Source: Tubiluchus corallicola (taxonomy: Eukaryota > Animalia > Priapulida). From it: a stretch of DNA of 64,000 nucleotides. The notes beneath the pieces were generated by a model, which did not search any database, was not told where the DNA came from, and saw only the letters and a program-made list of their open reading frames with translations. Made by a program: the position numbers and the translations under genes. The stretch is taken from the NCBI GenBank assembly GCA_030141605.1, contig JAQGDQ010000335.1, positions 62,001 through 126,000 on the forward strand, given 5' to 3'. Position 1 is the first letter of the stretch. Each line of letters opens with the position of its first letter. This document shows, piece after piece, positions 53,501-64,000 of this stretch.

Positions 53501-56500
53501 CAACATTCCAGTTTTTCAGGTACAGTTTTGGTATTGTTAAGTCTGCTATACATGAAACAATTCATGCAAATTGATACAGATACAATTAATCTTGAATAAT
53601 CTTAAACAGATTACACTGCCATACAAACTATACTCTTATTAATAAATATTTGTTTACTCTAGTTCAAATGATACTACAGTAACGGAAAACCGTAACATCT
53701 GATATGATTGTCTACTTTCGTGCTTGTAAAGATTTACATCTAGGTGGCGTCTCTATGCCTAATATTTGCCACCATCGATTTTATTTTCAGTGTTGTCACT
53801 TTAATGGTAAAACAGCAGGTGAAATATTTTTAGTAAAAGAGTGATTTCTTTGCTTTCAGTTGGCACTCTGCACTGCTTGGTTTCATATCAACATTGGTCA
53901 TGATGTTTCTAATTAATTTTATCTATGCTGCCATAAGCATTATTCTTTTCATATTACTATTTATGGTTCTGCATTACCGTGCTCCAATGGAAAGTTGGGG
54001 AAGCATTAGCCAGGCACTTATGTTTCACCAGGTAGTATGCCTTTATAAATATTGTCTTTATTGTCTGATTAATATTTAGGACTTATTAGAGGTGTGACTG
54101 GTTAATTGATTTACACTTTTCTTTCCTATCATTGATTCATTTTTCAGCTGCCAATAGAAATCAGTTGTATTGCTGATACCATTTCCAACTTATTTTTTGG
54201 AAAATTTTCTAATGTCGCACAAATATAGCTGCAATTGCATTAAAATCAAGTAATATGATGCTACTTTTGCTCAGTGACTTGCGCTGGCATCGCTGCTTAT
54301 GTTTCGTATAAATACGAATACACGGTTTTCATATGCACCTGCTTACTTCAGAAATAGCAGAAATCTATTACAATCAATTATCAAGTTGGTTTTATATCTG
54401 ATTAATCAATCATATAACTGATGTCCCAGTCACTAGTTCATCGGGTACCCATCTAAAATTTTTCTAGTAAATATGATCAATTATTATTTATAACGATACA
54501 GTAAAAGTACTCAAGTTTAAAGACATATATAAAAATATCTTACTTTTATCTGCCCCTGCTTGCAGGCTAGGCTTTGTATGTGTGTGTTATTAGCTATATC
54601 AATGGTACGTTGCTAGGTTACTGCTGCATGAAGTCATCCATTAACAGCAAAGTAGTCATGCCATTTCTTTATCAAAAATTTGAATTTTTTTGGTGATCAC
54701 ACAATTTTTTGTAACGCTGAAAATGATGATTAGGGATCTTTTATTTCTTGTATTTCTTTTGGTAATGCTGTCTATACACTTTGTGCTCTTAATATTTGTG
54801 CCTTTTGTCTTCTTGGCCATGCTGCTAATGGATGCCTTGATGTGCTTGTTTTGGATGTAAAATTGTAGTGTTTTTCGTCTCCTTTGTTGCAAATGTTCTT
54901 TAAAGAGAATTATTGTTTTGCTTGTCTGTATGGTAAATGTTTTTTTTATAGCTGGTAATATAAATCATTCTTATAAGGCAAAGTAAGTCTATTTTACTGG
55001 CTAAGTTGGCCCAATTTCTAGTTTTTTTATACATAGGCTTGTAGCTACAGCCTGTAATTTCTTTCAGTTAGTTCACTAGGGCTTTAGCTGCATTTCGTAT
55101 TTTGTAGGTACGTAAATATCTACTGCTGCTGGACAGTCGCAAGGATCATGTTAAATTTTGGCGACCAAACATGCTGCTAATGGTGGCAAATCCTCGTTCC
55201 TGCTGCGAGCTAATCCATTTTGTTAATGATCTTAAGAAAGGTGGACTCTATGTGCTAGGTTCGTACTTCTTGTTTTGCTAAATTTAAATAATTAATGCTT
55301 CTGTACCACACGCGTTTTTAGTTAAGCCCCAATTCGGTACTCGGTTTTTCAGTATAGCATTTTTCATCGTATTAGCTGTTACATTAAATGTTGTTCCTCA
55401 AATATACTGCAATTTTTTTTGTTGCTTGTTTGTAGCAGTAAGATTTCTGATATTTCTGATAATATGCTTAAGCTGCTTCTGTACTAGTTGTATTAGCCTA
55501 CGTCCATATGACTGTGGCTGACCCCCTCTACTAATTTCAGGATATCTTGATCTCAACTGTAATTATAAAAGATGATAGTTTGCATTGCTGATTTATAATT
55601 GACTATTTTTGCTGCTGTTACAATACTTGAGACTGCACAGATTTACTCAGTTGTTGATTAGCTCAAAGCAGACACTTTCACAGCATCTAGTCATGAATGT
55701 TGTGTCTGCTTGTTGAAAATGAGCTAGTTATTCCTGCTGAGGTTTTTAGTTTGTACCTTTTGCTTGAATAACAGGTGTCTTCGATGAACCTTTAACAAAT
55801 TCTGCTCAATTTGAAAGTGGATAAAATGGCTGCAAGATTATAACTGGTGCTGCAGTGCACATCTTGAAATTTGTTTATTTTGTAATCTCTGATTATTTTA
55901 AAGTCATGTGGAATTGTAAATGCAGTAATAGTTGCACTCTGTCATAAGAAATTAAAATTGCTAATAATTATGCTTTTCCATAGGTCATGTGAAAGTTGGC
56001 AACTATGAAGTTGTAACAGAAGGAGATCCTTGTCTTGACGACATGCCATATTGGCTTGCCTTGATTGATCACCTACGTGTTAAAGCCTTTGTTGAGGTAA
56101 GTTATCCATAAACATGTGCATTATTTTGTACTTTTTAAATGTAAATATTACATTGATAAAATGAGCAAAACATAATATTTCTTTTAATTCTAGTAAACTG
56201 TTAAGAATCCTCACATGTTTAAAAAAGCAGCATTTTTCAAAATTACTAATGCACGAGTTGTCATTGTTACAACTCCTACCTATGTTTAAGTGATCAAATT
56301 ATGGTTCACTTCTCGTGCTCGTGCTCATTTCATCCTACCACCTTTTACATTTCTTTACTTTGCTCTCATTCTGTTGCTCACACCTCTCTCTTTACTTTAC
56401 ACCCCTAGTTTGAAATTATTAGCTGCATTCATCCCTAGTACTCAGGCAAAAACATAGTACCATTAATAAATCATCTACATCTTTTATTGTACTTTGTACA

Positions 56501-58154
56501 AACACAATAATTTGACTTTTTTAAATGTAAAAAAAAGTTTGTACTTGGTTTAAATTCAAACTTTTTTACAAGATAAACCCGTCTTGTGGGTGAGCAAGAA
56601 ATTTGTAGTAAATTCTGGATTTTTGGAAGTTTTATTGCATTACATATGTATTTAGATATAGATGGAACATTTGATTAGTTTTGGAATACAAAATATACAC
56701 TCTTACTGTGTATTAACTGTTACACTGTACATATTTCACTTTCTATAGTTGGGAAAATTTGATGTTGTTGCTGTTGTTACAGTTGACTATGGCAAACAGC
56801 GTACGTGATGGGCTCTGGCAACTCATTCGCATTTCTGGTCTTGGAGCAATGAAGCCAAACACAATCATTCTGGGCTTTTACGACAGTGCTCCGCCACAGG
56901 ATTCATTCACAAAGAATCAGATTTTTCATTCCCTGAAGAATGCAAATATGGAGCTGGTTGAGGTATGTGACACTTGACATTGGTTCACAAGCAATTCAGC
57001 TGTTATTTTATCTGGTGTCAGTTATTGGCAACACCATCAGTTAACCTCTTTAACTGCTCGATAAGCAGCTATTCTTCATTGTTCAAAAATTAGTATTTAA
57101 GTGTTAAAGTTTTGATTGCATGGATGCCTACAAAGTATGCATTTTAAAATTATTGTTCATGTTTGTGCATAAATAGGTTTCTAGTAGTTAAAGGTAAGTG
57201 GTTATAGGTTTTCTTAAAGAAGCAAGCTATTTTATTTTACATTGACTAATTTTAAAATGTCTATATTCATTTCACTTACTATGCACAATTAATGTGTATT
57301 ATAAATATATCTAATGTTAGTAGCACCCATGTAACTACTTTATAAAACTGATGAGTGGCAATGAGTAACTTGATAAATCTTCTATTTTTATTCTAATGAC
57401 AGTTTCTTAGTACTATATTTAAACTGATTTTCTATTTTAGATTCACAACAAGTTTGCATCTCGAGTTGCTGAAGATCGTCAGCTGCCACCGCTGCAGTAT
57501 ATTCTACTGCTGCAAGACTGCATTAAGATGAGCAAGAATGTCTGCATTGCACGTAACTTTAACCTTCTTGACAAGGAAAAAATAATCAAATCGAAAGAGC
57601 CATATAACATTGACGCCTGGCCTCTAAACTTCATGGCTCCAGAAACAAGAACACATTACGACACAACATGTCTGTTTCTCCTGCAGCTGTCCTGCATTCT
57701 GAAGATGACTTCAAACTGGAAGAAGCACACAGTATTACGAGTATTCCTCTGTGTTGATCCATCTGTGGATGATACCCTCCAAATGCACTTTCGACTGGAT
57801 CAACTCCTCGCTCAGCTGCGGATCAATGGCTCCATTCACCTCTGTCCAATTGATACATGTCTTACTTATCTGACTGGAGGTTCCCACATTTCGGAAGACA
57901 GCGAGTCCTTTGCTGCTACGCCTGAAACAAAGCACTCCCCGTATAATATGCCCAATGATTATTTGCAAGCTGTCAATCAGGTACTAGTGGAGAACATGCA
58001 AAATACTGCAGTGAGTTTCCTGTACTTTCCTATACCCCCAACCGATGTTACACTACACCAACGCTACCTGCAGCAGCTTCAAGTATTAACAGAAGGTTTG
58101 CCACCCACTTTGCTTGTACATGGAGAAAGCCTGGTTACATCTACTACCTTATAA
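41577..58154 (+). CDS. SLC12A9: Solute carrier family 12 member 9-like cation-chloride cotransporter (CCC family), complete; 15 coding exons plus one alternative exon
   Basis: Exons 41577-41820, 43072-43206, 43593-43727, 45837-46039, 46445-46565, 47022-47129, 48439-48550, [50700-50857 or 51056-51213], 51504-51586, 53374-53519, 53860-54031, 55108-55258, 55984-56096, 56783-56962, 57441-58154 join in frame. Motifs: [134 protein letters not shown]. The [19 protein letters not shown] segment is characteristic of SLC12A9. Confidence 0.93.
42021..42941. mobile_element. Foldback-like element with modular inverted arms in SLC12A9 intron 1
   Basis: Left arm ~42021-42375 is an array of ~15-bp units (AAAnTTTGGTACT-like); right arm ~42770-42941 is the reverse-complement array (AGTRCCAAA.TTTTCC-like); centre is (ACA/ATG)n low complexity. 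No TSD identified. Confidence 0.6.
42410..42710. repeat. Degenerate trinucleotide low-complexity tract (ACA/ATG/ACG)
   Basis: ACAACAACGACAGCAATGACAAC..., GTGATGATGGTGATGATGACG. Confidence 0.75.
43207..43592 (+). other. U12-type (minor spliceosome) GT-AG intron of SLC12A9
   Basis: 5' site GTATCCTT, branch sequence TTCCTTAAC at 43575-43583 about 10 nt before the AG, no polypyrimidine tract; removal yields GGCY-F-MISRALG. Confidence 0.93.
48685..49695. mobile_element. hAT (Charlie-like) non-autonomous element nested in the outer element
   Basis: Perfect 8-bp TSD GTGTATAC (48677-48684 and 49696-49703); imperfect TIRs CATTGGTGAGCAA / TTGCACACCCTTG; repeated subterminal TGCGGCC motifs. Confidence 0.85.
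49051..49197. mobile_element. ~145-bp palindromic hairpin element (probable mini-MITE) inside the inner hAT
   Basis: Arm ATCGGCTCCAGTCGTCTTCTTG...GGTTATTTTACAA pairs with TTGTAAAATAACC...CAAGAAGGCGACTGGGCCGAT over ~60 bp with a short AT loop; flanks TTGA/TTAA. Confidence 0.72.
50700..50857 (+). CDS. SLC12A9: SLC12A9 exon 8a (canonical-like TM8 version)
   Basis: ctacag/C TTT CTT ... CTT TTC G/gtgagt; 158 nt; [52 protein letters not shown]. Confidence 0.92.
51056..51213 (+). CDS. SLC12A9: SLC12A9 exon 8b, tandem duplicate, putative mutually exclusive exon
   Basis: ttaacag/T TTC CTG ... CTG TAT G/gtaagc; 158 nt, same phases as 8a, no stop; [52 protein letters not shown]. Confidence 0.82.
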
Positions 58155-61100
58155 ATGCATAGCGTGGACATTACTTATAGCTTTTTAGAGCTGCTTTGAT
58201 CTCATTTGATGGAAAGCACAATGTGTGAGTTATTAAAACTATTGCTTCATAAGTCGTGCTTTATTTAAATATGCTTTCTTTGTAGATGTATTAATTAAAG
58301 TAAAAGCGTTAGAGACAAAGTTCGCTCCAAATTTTTCTGAAAACGTGCAAGTGAATGTATATTAGTATTCGAGCTAATTCTAATCATTATTTCGTTTGAA
58401 AGTCAGACTGAGAATATAAACCAATTGCTATTCTTTTCAATTTGTATAGTAAAAGCATAATCCCTAGGTATAAAATTTGCTAGTCAATGATAACTTCATA
58501 GCTCTTAATTAAAAGTACATACTTTATACACCAAGCTTAGTCATTTATTATATTTAGACAAACGTTAAATGCTTATTCATCCACTGTTTAATGTATTCGT
58601 AATGTTAGTCTGTTGCTGTAAAACTCGGTGATATTTAATTGATGTGATGAAACTGTATAGAAAAATCTCCAAAATCGTGATTGCTGTGATCTCGAGGAGT
58701 TACTGACATTTGTATCATCTCTCTGCATTTCTCTCTTTTGCTACACTAATACCTCGATATCTATAAGTTCTGTGTTAAACAAAATATCTTATCAGCCTTA
58801 AAAACAGGAAAACAGAAACCAGTTTTTGTCTTTTTAGCTTATTACTTATGTGGCATATTAAATTAAACAAAATTATTGTGTATTACATGGCAGTATATTT
58901 TGTGTGTCACAGAATTCCAAGTTTTGCTTAATAAGGCCGAGAGCTAAACTTTGAACCCAGTTAGATAAGCTTTATTATATTTTTCCATTTATGAAAGTTT
59001 GTAAAGTAACCCCAACAAAAGTGTAATATTGATGTAAGTGTCCAAGCACATTTAAGGGCTCTTGACTTCTGTCTAATTAATAGAGCTAGTTTATGTGGAG
59101 TTATGTTGGAATTACTAGTATTTATAGTCAGCTGTGCTGTCTAATAAGATAGTTAAAAACATTATTTAATGCAAAATGTGTTTACTCCTTATTTGGCTGA
59201 TATATTAACTACATATCCTTTAAAGAAATTTTGAATATGTGGTGCCGTGTTACTATTTGTACCATAACATCGGTCAGGCAGAATGAGAGTTTCAAAATGT
59301 TTTTGTTATGTAACTTCCATTATGCATGCATTTGTTGTATTACCCACTAAAGTGATAATCTTAACTGTTAAGAGAGTGCTATATTTATGTTAAGAAAAAT
59401 TACTGATAAGAACTTATTTATATTTATATGCCCTAGTTATATGTATTTAACATTTTTACTGTTATTTGCATGAGTTTCGAGACATGCTGGTTTTAAGCCA
59501 TTCACCGTATTACACAGCAGTAGTACAGTCCCATATTTGTACACATTAACTTTGTATCAAACGAGCTTTTTCAACTTACTTACATAATATGGGATGGCCC
59601 ATATACTACTTACATAATATGGGATGATCAAGGTTATGATTAGGCTCTGTTTGGTAAAAATCATTTTCTGATCTTTTGTTGAGTTAGCAAACATAGACTT
59701 TAAATCAAGAGAAATGTAGTAGAATATTAGAGTAACAATATTAGGACATTATCATTGTAAAAATGCCAGTTTATAGCAATGAAAGGCTGCATAAAACAGC
59801 TTTTAAATGCACATCTGACTTTTCATTGTGTATTTATGGTACTGCTGTGTTTAAGGTATTGCTAATATGATATTTAATGATATATTTTGTGATGAAGATC
59901 TTACAAGATTATTAGCTAGAATGTTCGAGTGTCACTTGGTATGACTGTAAGTGGTGTTACTTGTGTGATTTTATATAATAGAATCTGTGATCGTGAAATT
60001 TGGCATGAAGCCAGGTTGATAATTGGTATAAATTAGAATGATTAGAATATTAATTAAGTAGAATGGTCTAAATGAAATGATGATCAGTTGCTGTAGCAAT
60101 GAAATAATCATCTTAACATTTCATTAGGTTACATATTACTGGCTAGATGTATTTGTTTACTATACATCTTCATGTGTTATATCATCGCTTACCTAATAAT
60201 AATTACATACTACCTGTAATTCTTTTACCAAACTTGCTACTTGCATTTTCACCCTCCAAACATTCAAAGAAAACTTTACATTTACCTTTTTACTTTGGTC
60301 TTTTAGTTTAGTTAGAAAAATATTAAGTTGGAAATGTATCATGTGAAGCACATATCTTTACTGTACATCAAACAAAAATGTCAATTTCAACATGATGAGC
60401 AATTGTTACTTTTCCACAATAAAGGGAACTTAAAATTATTTGTTAAAGGGGAATAACATGAAATCCATTCCTAATGAATTCACTGTGCTATAATGTATAT
60501 GTAAAAGAAGTAATAATAGGCTTTATCAAAGTGTAATTAGTTCTGCAATTTCATTTAGTTTTTTTGCATATCATTAAAAGGTGCACATTTATTGGTGACC
60601 CGTAACTTTCCATTATAATATTTTTTGTCTATGTATGAAGTGCGTGTGATATTGTGAATCTATTTTCGTGCAATGTTAATACTGCAAATATATTTGAGTA
60701 ATTATTAGCTTCCTATAATTAATTTGTTAGGCTTCCAATAATACTTGTTGTCTGTTTTCCAATTGTGTATTATTTTGTGCTGTTTATTAAAATCTCAGTA
60801 TGAATGCAAATATTTTTTCTTCGCATAATTTGTTTAGGGGTTAGTGACTCAGGGCTACAATATTTTGTTCCAGGAATTGTCTAGCAGTAAAAGTTATGAA
60901 AAGTAAATTGCCTAATTTGCCCTAGTACTGTACTATTTCTTGCAGTAACACAGATGAGAATGTTTACTAGTCTGTGTTCTTCGTACTAGTTTGATATTAT
61001 TCATTTTATTCGCCAGTGTGCGTATTGTATTGTTAGCCTTCTGCATATTCTAGAATAAATTATTTCCGACTGCATCCTTAACACAATAGCTGTAATTTGA

Positions 61101-62834
61101 AGTTTTGTGAATTGTTTCTTTTCATGAATTATGTACACTTATGTTTTTCTTCAAAATGCAAGAGCACCGACTGTGTAGATAATCAGTTAGCATGGATAAT
61201 TAGTAAATTAAATAAAATTTAATACAAATCCATTAATTATTGGCAAACATACAGTCTAAGTAAGCAGCTAACCGTGGTGTTTTACTTGATAAGCAGGATG
61301 AAAAAATCATTTGAAAATGAAGACCTGGACAGAATCTCAAACGAATAGGCAGTTTAGTAAAAACCAGAAGTTTGATACAAATTTTGGCAATGATACAAGT
61401 TTTGACAATAATGCACGTTAAATTACTACAACGTCCGAGACCTCAAATCCACTATTCACATTCTAATACACCTTATGGCACCAAGTTCTTTGCCTCATGT
61501 CTTGATTTAGTTTATTATAACCAAGGTATTTGATTGAACTCTGTCTTGGTTATGAATGTTGGTACATTAAATGACTTGGGCTTGATGCACTAACAGCGGC
61601 CAAGCAGAAATGAGTATTGAATATTGTATTAGCAGAATCCTCTTGTTAAAACTCTAAACCAGTTAGAAAAACTTCACGATAAATTTGAAATAGAGAGATT
61701 AAATTACGGTCTTGGTAGCACGAATTAAAAACATCATTAGCATTGGTCATCTGCTACTGCCTTGAGAAAATCCTCCCATTCTGTTCTTAAACTTTCTGGT
61801 GCAATCAATGGCATTTTATTGTAAGTACAGTCATTGCAAAATCAAACTAATATGAAACACTTTATGACAACAATGTTATATTTTCAACACAACTTTACAA
61901 CTGCTTGAAAAAGCAGAACACAAAAAGTAGAACAAAAAAGCAAAAGGATCAGCACAGAACTTTGTAGCAAAAAATAAACAGAAAAATTTGTCCAAGCTTG
62001 CATCTTGCGTGTATTTACAGTGTTGATAATAATGATCATTTGATCAAAAAATAAACGCTTTAGAGACAAACTAAGTACAAAATCAGACAGCCAATCACTG
62101 CTGTAACTGTATAGATAAAGTATGATACAAGAATATACACAAATTTTACTTCCCATCACATTCCACCAATCTGTACCAAGTTAGTTTGTACCTTGTGTTG
62201 CCATATTAACTGTTCTTACTGCTTCAACGTAGAAAAACTTCAATTAGCAACATTTGAAAATACAATTTCTGTGCCAAGTTTATCCCTATCAACAGATCCC
62301 CACAAGTACACTGTTTACCCAGGTAAAAATTTAATAGCTCATTGAAAGCACAAAGATTAAGTTAACAGCATTATGCATCAACATATTTCATGTGTAAAGC
62401 TACACTCACTGTCCAAAGTACAACATTAATGGTAAAATAGTACACCTATTATTGTAGTTTCACATTACAAAGGCAATCTAAAAAAGTGGATGTATTCAAT
62501 GAACAGGGGCTTTCATTAAATAAAACAGGTATCTAACTGATGATGAATATATCACTGAATGCTTACTTGGCTGCAAAATAATCAGCATTAAAACATAGGG
62601 CCTAGGGTATGGATATAATCCTTATGATATTCGGTAAGGATTCAGATTTTACAAAGAATGACACAAATGTCAGTTATACTTTGCACAGTTGCTGTGGGTG
62701 GAAGACAATTTGTCTTGGAAAAGTAGAAAATAACAGAAATACTGCTTATGCATTGACAAAACACTGAAGTTCTGCTTATCTACACCAAACACCTTCAACA
62801 GAAAAGCAACACCTCATTTCATAAACAACTGTTG

Positions 62835-63668
<834 letters not shown>

Positions 63669-64000
63669 CTGTAATATAAAAACCAATTTACATGCTGCCT
63701 GGTGTTTATTTAGTAAGTAAAGTTGCAAATAAAATCGTGCTAACTACTACAACATTAAATTTCTATTTGGCATTTCCTTTACCACTTTGGTAAAAGTTTT
63801 GGTACTGGAAGGTAGAAAAGGCACAGAAATAAATAATGTAAATTCTTGATTGGCACTTGACATTACATGATTTGTGTATACCCACAACAAATGTTTAATG
63901 TACATTTGAAATAGACAAACTAGCTATTCCAAAATGAAATAAATGATGCCATATATCTCAAACTTAATAAAAAGCAGGAAATGTAAAACTGTGAAAACTG

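Noticed and set aside
57345-57431. C/D-box snoRNA-like arrangement (TGATGA ... CTGA with AAAA/TTTT ends)
   Set aside because: The CTGA lies ~13 nt from the 3' splice site and is more likely the branch point; no recognisable guide sequence.
61738-61846. Minus-strand coding-looking stretch MPLIAPESLRTEWEDFLKAVADDQC* after an acceptor-like tag
   Set aside because: An in-frame TGA follows the acceptor immediately, there is no recognisable homology or SECIS element, and the DCN1-like gene already has a normal last exon.

Overview
AT-rich, intron-dense animal genomic DNA; it looks invertebrate, but the species cannot be determined from the sequence. It holds three spliced genes. (1) On the minus strand, the 5' portion of cytoplasmic dynein-2 heavy chain (DYNC2H1): 54 coding exons traced by hand from the ATG near 39067 through tail, linker, AAA1-AAA4 and the start of the stalk, running off the left edge. 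(2) Head-to-head with it on the plus strand, a complete SLC12A9-type cation-chloride cotransporter, 41577-58154. (3) The last two exons of a convergent DCN1-like gene (DCUN1D4/5 type) at the right edge. The most notable observation is a pair of tandem, anciently duplicated 158-nt exons in SLC12A9 that must be mutually exclusive to keep frame and that swap TM8, the helix carrying the Na+-site residues in NKCC-type transporters. Also present: a U12 intron in SLC12A9, an N-terminal acidic dileucine motif, atypical residues in the dynein linker, a three-level nest of DNA transposons, two copies of a pogo/Tigger-like MITE, a long-TIR Tc1/mariner relic and a foldback-like element. All coordinates were read by eye; comparisons with orthologues are from memory, not database searches.
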